A stretch of DNA of 64,000 bases from Eledone cirrhosa (GCA_964016885.1 OZ024740.1:316014001-316078000); one strand, 5' to 3'; positions 40,411-54,510 are shown, counted from the first letter of the stretch. A program made the numbers and translations. The notes: a model not told the origin generated them from the letters alone.

Positions 40411-41961
40411 TATCATATGAAGTGAGGTGGTGTTTCAGTGCAGTAGGTGGCCTAAACCACTTAACTTGATTTGATATACCTATCTGTAAAAAAACTATCT
40501 ATATTATGCTTTACATTATGCTTGAAAACTTGGTATAAGGCTTTTGTCTAGCTTGCTTGGAAATCATTATTAAATTTACTATATGATATTAAGAAGTTCA
40601 TTTTTCTAATAACACAAGCAGTAAAGCCAATGTGAGAATGTGAGAGGTTATGTATGGTTGCTTTACCAATTAGAAATAACTGCAAAATCTCTCTCAAATA
40701 CCACCCCCCTTCTTTAAAATGGAAGGATACTTTTGTCATCCTAAATATATGAGGCTCTAAGAAAGATGCAATAGTCATGCCTGGAACACTTTTGATCATT
40801 GACCTGCTCAATAAGCACTGAGCTGAGGCTAAACAACAAGGTTGTGAAAGGCTGTGATATATACATTTAACATTTAAAGCATTCTTAAAATACAAGGAGA
40901 AGGAGGAACATTATCTAATGTTAATACCAATGCAACAACACCACTCTTTTCAATAATTGATAAATGGTCACCTTACCCCACCAAACAAAGGCCAGGATCA
41001 GCACTTGTTTAATAGTGTTGGGTTTCTTCAAAAGTAAAATCAATCACACTTTGCCCAATTCTAATCAAAGTTAAACCTACCCAGAAATGAATAAAACACA
41101 AGAATTGCAACAAGGACTAGATTAAGTTATTTTGTGATCCCCAAGTACTTAAAAGATTATGGTGCCACTCAAAGTCTATTAGACATGTTTTTATGGGGGG
41201 AATGACAAATTCATAACTTCCCATGAATTGGCATAAATTTTTAATAAATGAGAAACTGAGAAGCCTATAAAGGTCAGAATAAAGGAACATTGAAAAACCT
41301 TAATGAGGGAGGAAACATCTATCAGGAATTGTTGAACATATATATAGTGCAGTAAAGTAAATCATATTCCACTATAGAATGAAATTTCATTTCTACCACC
41401 GATAGAAAATTACAGTGAAAACTTAGCAAAATCAAAGTAGTACATATAGTGCTTACTGAAAATGGAAGTCTATGTAAACTTGTAGCTGATGTCAGCTTCA
41501 CATCTCTGCCTTCAGTGAAAAACATATTTAAATAATCTAAAGATGTTACATTAAATGTGATATAGGGGATAAAAATGTTATTACTCTTAGTTTAGAAATA
41601 AGGTTTCCTCATTCAAATCCAATTTTATGCTATGTACATATCTAAGGATAAAACATACTCAGATTTATAGTTTACAAAATTATTATCTTACTAACCTAAA
41701 GTTGTGTTTTGACAGTATCTTAAATATTTCCAGTATGAAAAAAAACAACAAAAAAAACACTGGCACTAAGATAGTAAAAGACAAAAATAAAGGTCCCTCA
41801 CTTAATTCCAGATGGTGCTACAGGGATGCTGATCTAACAGTGGCATGTCTTTGGTATTTTAAACCTGGCAAAACCCATCTATCTCTAGGTTGACCTAAAT
41901 TGATTTCTACCAGAGAAAGAAAGAGAGTGAGAGGAAGTGATAGAGTTAGAAGAAGAATCAA

Positions 41962-42113
41962 CCTCAGTATGGAACTGGTACTTTATTTATCAACCTTGAA
42001 AAGGATAAAAGCAAAGTTGACCTCAACATGATATGAACTCAGAAAGTAATGAGCTAGAACAAATACTGAAACATTTTAAATCTGACTCCCTAAAAACTGC
42101 CAATTCACTGCCT
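41962..42113 (-). mobile_element. Old SINE S2 copy
   Basis: CTGGTACTTTATTTATC...AAGGATAAAAGCAAAGTTGACC...TGAACTCAGAA. Confidence 0.65.
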
Positions 42114-42124
42114 TGACACGAAGC

Positions 42125-44033
42125 TACTAATGTAAAACTACCCTACTATAACATACATAGTCACTAATGTACTAATGTACAACTGCCCTACTATAACATA
42201 CATAGTCACTAATGTACTAATGTACAACTACCATACTATAACTTACAGTCATTAATGTACAACTGCCCTACTATAACATACAGTCACTAATGTACTAATG
42301 TACAACTGCCTACTATAACATACATACAGTCACTAATGTACTAATGTACAACTGCCCTACTATAACATACAGTCACTAATGTACTAATGTACAACTGCCC
42401 TACTATAACATACATACAGTCACTAATGTACTAATGTACAACTGCCCTACTATAACATACAGTCACTAATGTACTAATGTACAACTGCCCTACTATAACA
42501 TACATACAGTCACTAATGTACTAATGTACAACTGCCCTACTATAACATACAGTCACTAATGTACTAATGTACAACTGCCCTACTATAACATACAGTCACT
42601 AATGTACTAATGTACAACTGCCCTACTATAACATACATACAGTCACTAATGTACTAATGTACAACTGCCCTACTATAACATACAGTCACTAATGTACTAA
42701 TGTACAACTGCCCTACTATAACATACATACAGTCACTAATGTACTAATGTACAACTGCCCTACTATAACATACATACAGTCACTAATGTACTAATGTACA
42801 ACTGCCCTACTATAACATACAGTCACTAATGTACTAATGTACAACTGCCCTACTATAACATACATACAGTCACTAATGTACTAATGTACAACTGCCCTAC
42901 TATAACATACATACAGTCACTAATGTACTAATGTACAACTGCCCTACTATAACATACAGTCACTAATGTACTAATGTACAACTGCCCTACTATAACATAC
43001 ATACAGTCACTAATGTACTAATGTACAACTGCCCTACTATAACATACAGTCACTAATGTACTAATGTACAACTGCCCTACTATAACATACATACATACAG
43101 TCACTAATATACTAATGTACAACTGCCCTACTATAACATACATACAGTCACTAATGTACAACTGCCCTACTATAACATACAGTCACTAATGTACTAATGT
43201 ACAACTGCCCTACTATAACATACATACAGTCACTAATGTACTAATGTACAACTGCCCTACTATAACATACATACAGTCACTAATGTACTAATGTACAACT
43301 GCGATACTATAACATACATACAGTCACTAATGTACTAATGTACAACTGCCCTACTATAACATAGAGTCACTAATGTACTAATGTACAACTGCCCTACTAT
43401 AACATACATACAGTCACTAATGTACTAATGTACAACTGCCCTACTATAACATACATACAGTCACTAATGTACTAATGTACAACTGCCCTACTATAACATA
43501 CATAGTCACTAATGTACTAATGTACAACTGCCCTACTATAACATACATAGTCACTAATGTACTAATGTACAACTGCCCTACTATAACATACATACAGTCA
43601 CTAATGTACAACTGCCCTACTATAACATACAGTCACTAATGTACTAATGTACAACTGCCCTACTATAACATACATACAGTCACTAATGTACTAATGTACA
43701 ACTGCCCTACTATAACATACATAGTCACTAATGTACTAATGTACAACTGCCCTACTATAACATACATAGTCACTAATGTACTAATGTACAACTGCCCTAC
43801 TATAACATACATACAGTCACTAATGTACTAATGTACAACTGCCCTACTATAACATACAGTCACTAATGTACTAATGTACAACTGCCCTACTATAACATAG
43901 AGTCACTAATGTACTAATGTACAACTGCCCTACTATAACAGACATACAGTCACTAATGTACTAATGTACAACTGCCCTACTATAACATACATACAGTCAC
44001 TAATGTAGTAATGCACAACTGCCCTACTATAAC
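42125..44033. repeat. Minisatellite, mostly 43/47-bp units (~42 copies)
   Basis: AATGTACTAATGTACAACTGCCCTACTATAAC(ATAC)1-3AGTCACT repeated head to tail. Confidence 0.97.
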
Positions 44034-44161
44034 AACCATACTATCACTAATGCACCAATATGTAAGTGTCCTATTGTACTGTTTTTTCCCTTAGCCCTCT
44101 TCATACCAACCCACCTGAAACCACACATGGTTTTTTGATACAAGACTACTCATTTTAGTGT

Positions 44162-44478
44162 TCATCATCATTTTACATCCATTTTTCCATGCCTGCATGG
44201 GTTGGACAGGTCCTTTTCAGCACTGCATGTCTCTACCCACCACATTCCTTTGTCATCTCCTCTGTGAGCCTCAGAGATTTGATATCAGCTTTCACTACCT
44301 CTGCCCAGATCTTTCTTGGCCTACCTTTACTGTGACTTCCCTCCACTGGGATTTCCTAGCACTTCTTCCCCCACCAGTCATCATCCATGCATATCACATG
44401 TCTATACCAACACAGTCTTCTCTCCTGCACAACACCTCAGATTCCTCTTAAACCCAGTTTCTCCCTCAGCTCATCCCA
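44162..44478 (-). mobile_element. Old RTE 3' fragment
   Basis: (CAT)n tail, TTTCCATGCCTGCATGGGTTGGAC terminus, diverged RRLCWYRHVICMDDD. Confidence 0.75.
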
Positions 44479-45199
44479 TATTTTAATTAAAACCTTCCAC
44501 TATAAGAGAACCCTTCTTAAGTTATGCTCCAAAAATCAACTTAATAATGAAACAGTTATATATTACTAACATCCTCCCACAAAATATTTGAAAACCATAG
44601 GCAGTGTCTTTCATTAGAAATATGGTAATGAAAGAATTAAAGAGATGTCATATATTAAAGCATCTTTTGTATCATTATTGAAATTGTTTTAACCTTGACC
44701 AGATACATAGGTTTGACAGAATATTCACTTAAAATACAATTTCAACCCCGCGACCACCGTACATGGGAGCTTCTTTATCAACCTGTGAGAGGTAACATTC
44801 AAATCATCGTCTAAACTATTTCTTAACCTTCTCTGAAAAATAAGGATATTAGATAAATTTGAAAATATAGCCTGAAAAGAAATGGTTAGAATGCAGTTGA
44901 TCATAGATCTGCTCATTTAGAGCTGACTTGGAGTTAAACTACAACAACAACAATAACAACCACAACCACAATATGACACTGCTTCATCAAAATCTATATT
45001 GAATCTGTATTTCATTTGTGTGTGATGGTGGGGTGACAATTAAATGGGTTATTAGTGGTAACCAAGTAACTGAATACTGAACAGTTAGTATCTCATTATC
45101 ACTGAGGCTGCACTATATCCACTGCTGAGATATACACTTTATAACCCAATCAACCCAGCTTAACATAAGTAGTGTAAGTTATTACTGTAAATATTAGGT

Positions 45200-45388
45200 G
45201 TAGAGTTGGATTAACCATTAAGAAAAATAAGCCCATGTTGGGAAACAGGACACCATTTTATTCAAATTCTATTTATCATTTGAAAAAAAAAGAAAAGAAA
45301 AATAGAAAGTTTTTTGCAGACTTTATGTATGAAGGGCACCATAATTGTTTAAGTGTTTAAGGACTCAAATGGACTTAATTTGGCCCTG
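45200..45388. mobile_element. hAT-like MITE, degenerate (related pieces ~30810-30958, ~41110-41170)
   Basis: GGATTAA... / ...TTAATTTGGCCCTG termini; shared GGCACCATAATT..TAAGTG block. Confidence 0.45.
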
Positions 45389-46015
45389 ATTGGGTATATA
45401 ATATAGCTAATTAGTGCATTTTTTACTTGTTCAAAAGCTTGTATGTATATAGCTTTGATAAGCATTCTTCAGATGTCAGTAGGGAATATTACCCATCCAT
45501 AAATGTCAAGCAATTGATTGTATTATAACTCTTGCATGGAATAAATACATATTGATTGATATATAAATATGAATGTGTATGTGTGATGATATTGATTAAG
45601 TGCTGTTGAAATATATCAATTAGAAACACTCTAGAGTAGCGGTTAATAGAAGAAGCTGTATGAGAATCTCGTCAGGGAAGTACACATAATTGTGTAATAC
45701 AAATATAAGCTAGGATTATTATTATAATTGCATTCCTACTTATTGAAAATGTCAGCACTACTACCACCACTCCAAATCTACTCTCACTTCTACCTTTCTT
45801 CTTCCATAGTTGCGGAAAGGCAGGCGACAATGTTATAAATTACTGGTGAGGGAGGGGGTTCTTTGTGTTGTTTACATTGGTTTACTGTGTTACTGTTGTT
45901 ATTCTTACTGATGTTGTTGTTGCTGTTATTGTCATTGCTGTTGTTGTTATTGGTGCGGTAAATAAATATACACATAATGTCTGAACATAATGGAATCAAA
46001 TTACCATTGTCACAT

Positions 46016-46347
46016 GGAGGCACATGGCTTAGTGGTTAGAGCATTGGCCTTGCAATCGAAAGGTTGTGAGTTCAATTCTCAGACCGGGTGATGTGTTGTT
46101 TCCTTGAGCAAGACACTTTATTTCACATTGCTCCAGTTTACTCAGCTGTAGAAATGAGATGATAGGGACTGGGGTCCCTATCATTCCACTGCAAAGTGGT
46201 CGTGGAGGTGCCACGGCAAAAAAGAACCCAGCACTCACTGTAAATGAGGTTGGTGTTAGGAAGGGCATCCAGCTGTAGAAATCAAGCCAGAATCAGTTCC
46301 CGTCCCACCCTTGCAAGCAGGGAAAAGCGGACGTAAAATGATGATGA
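46016..46347 (+). mobile_element. SINE family S1, full length
   Basis: TGGCTTAGTGG A box, B box, RTE-type tail. Confidence 0.92.
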
Positions 46348-46349
46348 CT

Positions 46350-46732
46350 GCGTCCGTCTCTCTCTCGCTCTCCCCATCTCTCACTATTACAAGCAAATAG
46401 GGACCCATGCTCTGGCTACCCCACAACCCCAGTGGACAGAATAAAGAAGGCGTTTTCCAGGAGGATGGTGAGGGAGATGTACTGGAAGAGCCATTCCAGC
46501 TCTTGTGGCTCACACCTGTGGGTAGCCAACTCCGTACCGATGGTGGGTAGTAGGGAGGTGGTCCTAGGGTCAAGAACACCAGAAGTCTCTACTGCTATGT
46601 GGTGTTGATGGTGGTGTGTAGGGAGGTGGTCCTAGGGCCAAGAACACCAGAAGTCTCCACTGCTACGGGGTGTCGATGGTGGTATGTAGGGAGGGGGTCC
46701 TAGAACCAAAGACACCAGAAGTCTCTACAGCT
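46350..46732. repeat. Unclassified dispersed repeat with three ~68-bp tandem subunits (related copy ~51980-52225)
   Basis: Shared CACTATTA(C/T)AAGCAAAT...GTGGACAGAAT...GAGCCATTCCA...CACCAGAAGTCTC. Confidence 0.65.
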
Positions 46733-47334
46733 AATTAGTTTACTTACAACATACAAGTAAATTAGAACACAACATTTGATTGCAATCCTGACTATGCATA
46801 AAACTTGGCAGAGACAAAATTAATAGACAAATCATCATCATCATTATTGCTATCATTGTTGTTGTCATCAACATCGTAATTGCTCTATCATTCCTTTGTC
46901 CCCCTCCCCATCACCACCACCACCATCATCATCGTCATACTCATCCTCCTTCTTTCTCTACCTCACCCTGTCCTCTTTCCAACATCTTATCTTCCATATA
47001 ATCATCATGATGGTGATAATGGTGATGATGATAATGGTGGTGTTGATGAAGAGTATATCAATTGATTGAGTATTTTTCTCTCTCTTTGTTTTCAACTTCC
47101 TGTGTGTGAATTTGGGGGTGGGGGTGGGGGTTGTGGTCATTAAATTATTGTTACATCTTATTGCCACGATACTGTGGCAAGTATTTCAGTATTCTGGTTA
47201 AGTTCTTGGAGAATGTATCCTGTAGAAAAGCATGACTACAACTTCCTATTTACATTGCTTCCCTACAATGTTGGGCAAAATTAAATTTACTTTTCATCCT
47301 CAAGCCAATAAAATAAGTAACAGTAATATTCAGT

Positions 47335-47561
47335 TTAACCCTTTAGCATTTAAACTGGCCGTATCCGGCCAGAATTCTCACTTCTTTCTGTTCAAACAGG
47401 CCATCATCGGCTACTCATACTTATGTTAAGGTATTGTTCTCAAAATAAATGATATCAAAATTTCATAGATTCAATATTATGGGAGATAATTATGCGAGAT
47501 AAAGTGTTTACTGTGATAATACAAGAGTAAATATAGAGTAATGTAAATGTTAAAGGGTTAA
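47335..47561. mobile_element. piggyBac-type MITE
   Basis: TTAA-CCCTTTAGCATTTA ... TAAATGTTAAAGGG-TTAA. Confidence 0.8.
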
Positions 47562-48249
47562 CTTAATCTATTGTCATCATTCTCATCTGGGATGCTGCAA
47601 TCAGTGACTCTTTTGCTCACTCCCAAATCCTGAATGCTGTGGTAAAAGTGAAGATCACTGCTTCCATAGCCAAATGGTATAAAATTCTAAAGTACATTGA
47701 CAATTGAAACCATCTTTTTTTTAAATAATAAAATGCGGTTTAAGGGAAATTTGGTTATTATTTTTAGTAACTTGGTCTTCCTGACTGGCACTTTATATTA
47801 TAATATTTTATGCCTCAACAAATCCTTGGCATTGCTTCATTTCATAAATAACTAAAACAAGACACGATAAACTTTAATTATAATTATTTTCTACGAGCGA
47901 TATTTAATATCTTTTATTAGAAGTTAATATGTGCCAGTTATTCATTGTTTATTGTAAATAGGCCACATACAGTGTTGATCAGGAGAGAAGCAGTATGCCT
48001 CTAACTACTTTGCATGACTAGCATTGATGCTACTCAAGAGACATGGTAAAATTAAAATCTGGCAGGAAGTAGTTGTCTCTGTTGCACACTACATTTCAAA
48101 GTTCTGAAACTGCTGCTGTTCTTCTTCTTCTCACATATTTGTTTTTCTCACAGTGTTTGTCAGTAATTCACTTTCAGGGCATTATTCTTCTTCAGGTTTA
48201 ACATTGTGTAGAGGAATAGAAAAGTAGAAAATTAACTCAGACGTGATGA

Positions 48250-48273
48250 ATCATCATCATCACCGCTGACACA

Positions 48274-48304
<31 letters not shown>

Positions 48305-48397
48305 ACACCATTGCCACCACCACCACCACCACACAACCGCCATCATCATCATCATCACCACCACTACCATCATCATCATCACCATCGTCATCATTAT
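48250..48397. repeat. (CAT/CAC)n trinucleotide tract
   Basis: Direct reading. Confidence 0.9.
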
Positions 48398-48834
48398 TTA
48401 ATGTCCATTTTCCTAGCCAGCAAGGGCTGGTATATCTTCTCAGACCAAATCAGTACCTACTTGGAGCTACTGACCTCCCACTCTGGCCAGGAAATCACTT
48501 ATTGCTTACATTCTTTCCTACACTTTACAGAGCACACCAGGTGCATTTTATCATGTCCCCAGCATTAGAGAAGGTTGCCAAGTCTTTGATACAACTGCAG
48601 AGTCCTTCTGACCCTAGGTTTGACAGGTTTTATATGGCTGGGTGGTCTCAGTATCACCAACCACTTTGCAGAGTGCACTGGGTGCATTTATCATGTAGAT
48701 CATGAACACTAGAGAGGTTGTTGTGTCCTTGACAAAACTGAAGAGCCCTCTCAACTCTTTTTGACATGGTTTCTGCCAAATTTAGTAATTTAGAAAGTCA
48801 ATAGATAAAAATATTTGTGTCACTAAATCTGAAG

Positions 48835-48992
48835 AAGGCAGTTGATTGATAGAATTGTTAGAACGTCAGTCAGAATACTTTGAGGTATTTGTTTCAGCTC
48901 TCTGCTCTCTCAGTTCAAATCCTACTGAGGTCAACTTTGCCTTTCATCCATTGGAGATCAATAAAAAAAGAACCAGTATAGTACTGGGGTTG
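48835..48992 (+). mobile_element. Old SINE S2 copy
   Basis: AGTTCAAATCC, AACTTTGCCTTTCATCC motifs. Confidence 0.65.
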
Positions 48993-49148
48993 ATTCTTCC
49001 TCTATATCTCTTTCTCACTTACATTCTCTCACTCTCTATCCTTCTCTGGAAGAAATCTGCTGTATGTCAACACTCCACCCCAATGTCTCTCTCAGGAGTT
49101 ACAGGGACCAAGCATGCATGCTAATCTGGATATGCATATTTAAAATTA

Positions 49149-49330
49149 TATAAGGGTTAGCTGAAAAGTTCATAGGCTGACCAAAATACTCCCATGGAAT
49201 GACCAAATGAGGCTTATTTTTCAAGATAGTCCCTGGAAACAACGCAATTATTGATATAATGTGCAAGATTTCACAGCTCCAGGATCACTCCTTCATAGTC
49301 AGCCGATTAACTTTTTAACCTACCCTCATA
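49149..49330. mobile_element. mariner-type MITE
   Basis: TA-TAAGGGTTAGCTGAAAAGTTCATAGGCTGAC ... GTCAGCCGATTAACTTTTTAACCTACCCTCA-TA imperfect ~30-bp TIRs. Confidence 0.7.
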
Positions 49331-49399
49331 TATCATAGATAAAAGTGATAGACATTCAAGAATATAGTGTTGTAAAAGAGAGGGATTGAAATAAATGTC

Positions 49400-49822
49400 A
49401 TATTACATTATATCTGCATGTATATCACATTATATCTGTATGTATATCACATTGTGTCTGTATGTATATCACATTATATCTGTATGTATATCACATTGTG
49501 TCAGTATGTATATCACATTATATCTGTATGTATATCACATTGTGTTAGTATGTATATCACATTATATATGTATGTATATCACATTGTGTCAGTATGTATA
49601 TCACATTGTGTCTGTATGTATATCACATTGTAGCTGTATGTATATCACATTGTGTCTGTATGTATATCACATTACATCTATATGTATATCACATTGTGTC
49701 AGTATGTATATCACATTGTATCTGTATGTATATCACATTATATCTGCATGTATATCGCATTATATCTGTATGTATATCACATTTATATCTGTATGTATAT
49801 CACATTATATTTGTATGTATGT
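49400..49822. repeat. 22-bp minisatellite (~19 copies)
   Basis: TGTATGTATATCACATT(A/G)T(A/G)TC repeated. Confidence 0.95.
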
Positions 49823-50274
49823 AAGATGAGGGTTAAATGTGGAAAAAGAAAGGCAGACAAAACAGTTCGAAGGGAATAATAGTGAATAGGTTTATACATG
49901 TGCTGAAATTTAACAAACTAAGGTAAATTGATATCTCAGGAAATTATTATAAAAATTAAGATGTTTAAGATGCATCAAAAATATATTTAAAAAGTTATAA
50001 TTATGATTGAAATATTTTTTCTGTTTTGTAACATTGTAGTTTAGCAAAGGACAGTTACATTGATTTTGTATGTGTTTTAATTAGCACAATACAATGTGAA
50101 CAAGAAATTATAGAAGGAAAACAATATCACAGTATTAAGAACAAATGAAATTCTATGCAAACTGTCTATATGTACAATGTATTATTCCTATAGTGTTAGT
50201 AAGTAGAGTTATTATGTTTTACTGCACAATTCAAACTGTATATTCAAAATCTCAATTACAGTAAGTTGTGACTT

Positions 50275-50410
50275 TGTGGATAGGGTATTCGGCTCATGAT
50301 CATAAGATCGTGGGTTTGATTCCTGGCAGTGCACTGTGTCTTTGAACAAGACACTTTATTTCATGTTGCTCCAGTCCACTCAGCTGGCAAAATGGCGTTG
50401 TACCTGTAAT
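50275..50410 (+). mobile_element. Old CORE-like tRNA SINE
   Basis: GGTTTGATTCC B box, CTTTGAACAAGACACTTTATTTCATGTTGCTCCAG. Confidence 0.65.
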
Positions 50411-50996
50411 TCTGAGGACCCGCCTTCTCATATTCTGTTTGGCAAGTTTTCTACAGTTGGATACCCTTCCTATCACCTATCATCTATCATTTTACACTGT
50501 GTACTGGGTGTGTTTATCGTGTAGACAACCAGCACTAGGGACGTTGTCATGCCCTTGACACAACTAGAGGATCCTCCCAACCCTTTGTCTGGCAAGTTTG
50601 GCAAATTTTCTACAGCTGGCTGCCCTTCCTATCACCAACCACTTTACAGTGTGTATATAATTAAGAAATGATTTTCATTATTATCATTATGATTTTCATT
50701 ATTATCATTATGATTTTGAAAACTGTCTGTAAATGCATTGATTTATATTTACTTCAGTCATTTGTGTTCTTGAGAAAGGCATGCTTGCCACAATACTCAT
50801 TTCCTCTTCCATAAAAGCAAGAATTTATTCTTTTTGTGTGCATTGTAGGAATAGAGTAGGATCATAAACTAACTCTTCTGACCATAACTCTGCTCACTCT
50901 GAACTGACCTGCATTAAACAACAACAACAGAGTGGAAGGCTTGTTTTTCGAGGTTCTTAGTTTCTTTTCTAAGGCAAAATCTTGCTGCTTAAATCA

Positions 50997-51146
50997 TGGT
51001 TTCTAATTGTGGCACAAGGTCAACAATTTTGTGGGAAAAGAAAAATGTTGATTATACTGACCCTATAAATTTACTGGTACCTTATTTTATTGATCTTAGA
51101 AGGATGAAAGGCAAAGTTGACCTTGGCTGGATTTGAACTCAGAATG
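50997..51146 (-). mobile_element. Old SINE S2 copy
   Basis: AAGGATGAAAGGCAAAGTTGACC...ATTTGAACTCAGAA. Confidence 0.7.
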
Positions 51147-52336
51147 TAAAAAACCATAATATTGTCAATCCACCAACCATCCTTGCTGCTTGTATTAATT
51201 TGCTGTAGGTATTAACCTGTAGGAAAAGTTTGAACTTAGAATATAGAAAGTCATAACTAGATACCATAAAATATTTTGTCTGAAACTCTACCTTTGCTGC
51301 TTGAATATTACCTATAAGAAAAGGTTGAATGTCATAACTACACATTTTATTGTCTATCTCTCTTTCTTTCTCTCCGAAGCTTTTCGAATAGTTAAGAAAT
51401 CATTAAAGAAAAGTATTGATTCCACCTTTTCTCTCTTGACTCCTTCCACTCCCCAACACTCTGCGAACTGATTAAAATCTGTGAAAAATACCAAAAGCTG
51501 AACAATAAGCATAAATAGAGTTGTTAAGTGTTCTGCCAATAGTCCCAATTGGTGGTAAAGAGGTTGACGTGGAGTTGAGAGAAATCCAATAAGTAATTAG
51601 ATTTCTGCTAGTACGGATGTGAATAATTTCTTTCCTATTGGCAAAAAATTGTTTTCACAGAGTTGATAATTATTGTAGATTAAAAAAAAAAATCGAATAT
51701 ATTGTTTAATGAAATTATTCTCAAATATCTGTCTTAGTTTTTGATTGATTATTACTAAAAGTCTATTAATAGTATTATAGTAAATGTTCTGGTCTACTAG
51801 TTGTTAAGGTCAGGGTTTCAATTATTGTTGCAGGCTGTTGTAAAAAGTGTATTACATTCTGTTATGCATAGCAGCTTACTGCTGATAAAATAGGGCACAC
51901 TCCTTTATACAGAATCTCCACCTTAAAATAGCATCTATCAAGTGTGTGTGTGTGTGTGTGTTGATGCTCTCTCTCTTTCACTCACTGTGTCCATCTCTCC
52001 TGCACTCCCACTATTATAAGCAAATGGAAGCACACATGTTGGCTACTCCGTGGTCCCGGTGGACAGAATGGAGAAGGTGTATTCCCTGAAGATCGGGAGG
52101 GAGATGCATTGGCAGAGCCATTCCAACTTGCGAGCCTCACACTTGCAGGTAACCAATTCCATGCCAATGGTGGTAAGTAGGGAAATGATCCCAGGACCAA
52201 GGACACCAGAAGTCTCCACTGGTGCGGGCTCTTGTTGAGAGCAGCATAGCGTGGAAGGCGGCCGGTTCTGTAGCAACAGGACAGTGGGTGGAGACCGAAA
52301 GATTCTACAGTGGATATTATAATTATGTGGCTAGCA

Positions 52337-52427
52337 TTAACCCTCTTGATACCAAGCTGTCTGAGACTGCCCCTGGCTCATTGACATAAAATTACTTATT
52401 CTAAAATATTCATATCTAAAGGGTTAA
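52337..52427. mobile_element. Short piggyBac-type MITE
   Basis: TTAA-CCCTCTTGATA ... TATCTAAAGGG-TTAA. Confidence 0.6.
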
Positions 52428-52534
52428 GTATACATAAACCCATAGAGCAAATATTTATTAGCACAGATTAAAAGTGTAAAGAAAACAATTTCTGCTTTAA
52501 CCCTAAAGTGGGATCTTCTGTATATATATATATG

Positions 52535-53390
52535 CTAGCTGCAGTACCCGGTAATACCTGGAAAACGTAGGGTTATTCGCAGTTCCGACAGTGCACCTGA
52601 AAATGCTAGCGACCCTGGGTGCCCATACTAGATTTTCAATAGCAACCTTTGCTAGGTGTGTTTATGGCAGATCAATTTTTTGTGTGGAACTATCAATAGC
52701 TGTTTAAGTCATAAATCTTTCTTCCATCCAGCTTTCTTCATTCAGAGTGAATAAGCTGGGGAAGTTTGTGCTCGAAGAGTATCAAACTTATTCAACAAAC
52801 TTATGTATAAGAATAGCAAACTTACTGCCTTAGAACAAACACAGAACAATTGAGGAAGTTATCGCAATTATAACTGAGTGAACATATTCAGGTACTGTTC
52901 AAGCACCCTGTATATCACCGTTTGTAAAGCCCTTCGAATGACTGAAGCAGTTCAATAAAACCATCCCGTTTTTCCCCTATAGTAGACATAACTCGAGAAA
53001 ACACACCATAATAAGTCGGATAAGCAATCAGAAGTGTTGGCCCTAAAGAGGGCCTTGTAATATTCACTGTTGCAAAGTGTCAATAATGGAGAAGTTACAT
53101 CTTCTTAATTTGTGTTAATTTTCCCACGATCCAACACCTCGAAATATCGACAAAATAAACTCTACTTTCAAAGATAGCATGTTACAATTAACATGCCAGG
53201 AGTACGAATATTCATCAACATACGATTTTGGTTTTATTCTTTGGACTAATCTCATGGTAAGCCAACTTCCAGGTAATTGATCATCACACTTTTTTATAAC
53301 TTATCACCGATTCCTGCAGTTGACCTTAAGTGACCTAAGCGTGTGCACATGTTCAGAACACATATCAGTGGATGTGATATATATATATCA
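52535..53390 (-). mobile_element. Probable non-autonomous Helitron (5' end uncertain)
   Basis: CTAG terminus at 52535 with nearby degenerate CCCGG-TAATA-CCTGG hairpin, same layout as the 60043 element. Confidence 0.5.
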
Positions 53391-53644
53391 AGTAAAGCAA
53401 CGCAGTAAAGGACTTACGTATAATCCTGCAATGTAATGAGCTCAAAGGTAAAGGTTTTCCTGGGCACTTCAAAATAGAATATAGAGAAAAAAAACACAGG
53501 AAAATGTGTTTTCATTTACAGGATTTATAAAACCACCAGCGTGAAGGAAATATAAGCTAGGAGAGGTATAGGAGAAACATAATAATAAAAAGGATAAATT
53601 AAAATGAAAAACCTACCTCATAACTAAATCATGTATATATATAT

Positions 53645-54449
53645 ATCATCATCATCATCATCATCATCACCGTTTTATGTCCGTTCTTCCCTGCTAGCAT
53701 GGGTTAGACGGGTTGTCCTGTTGTGGGCAGTGTCTGGTCGGCTGACCATGCCTTGCTCATACAGGAACTGATTTTGGCTTGATTTCTACAGCTGGATGCC
53801 CTTCCTAACACCAACCTCATTTACAGCGAGTGCTGGGTGCTTGTTTCCATGGCGCCTACACGTCCACTTTACAGTGTGGGCTGGGTGCTTTTTTGCCGTG
53901 GCACCTCCACGACCTCTTTGCAGTGGGAGGGAGTGGGGGCATATTGTCTATATGCTTCAGCTTCGGCTTGTACCCATGGAAGGTCGGGTACAGAGGTCAC
54001 GGTCGTGTGTCATCACCTTTGAGAGGTGTAATTGGGTAAGGTCGCTTTTATCACCTCATCCCAGGTCTTCTTGGGTCTCCCCACTCTGCGGTTTCCATTG
54101 ACTTCTAGTGCTCTGCACCTTTTTATGCAACTGTCATCCTTCATATGCATCACATGTCCATACCAATACAACCGCCTCTCCTGCACACAGCATTTGATTC
54201 CTCTTATGCTCAGTCTCCTCTTATGTTCTGATTCCTCTTATGCTTTGCCGTTCGCGTATATTACTATTACACATCCATCGGAGCATGCAGGATTCGTTTG
54301 TTTCTAATCTACGTAAGTCTTCCACCTTCAGCACCCAGGTCTCACTACCATGTAACATTGCTGTTCGTATACACGCATCATACAGTCTGCCTTTTATTTT
54401 GAGGGAAAAGCCTTTTGCAGCTGGCAGTGGCAGTAGCACCCTGAACTTC

Positions 54450-54452
<3 letters not shown>
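53645..54452 (-). mobile_element. RTE subfamily B 3' fragment, decayed
   Basis: [20 protein letters not shown]; small internal duplication near 54215-54243; (CAT)n tail. Confidence 0.9.

Positions 54453-54510
<58 letters not shown>

Noticed and set aside
41457-41509. Possible 53-nt minus-strand exon (AG...GTAAGC, RDVKLTSATSLHRLPFS)
   Set aside because: No recognisable homology; such splice-like signals arise by chance; needs RNA-seq
42125-44033. CRISPR-like periodicity
   Set aside because: No unique spacers, no cas genes, eukaryotic context
48311-48568. Poly-His/Pro ORF
   Set aside because: (CAT/CAC)n retroposon tail region
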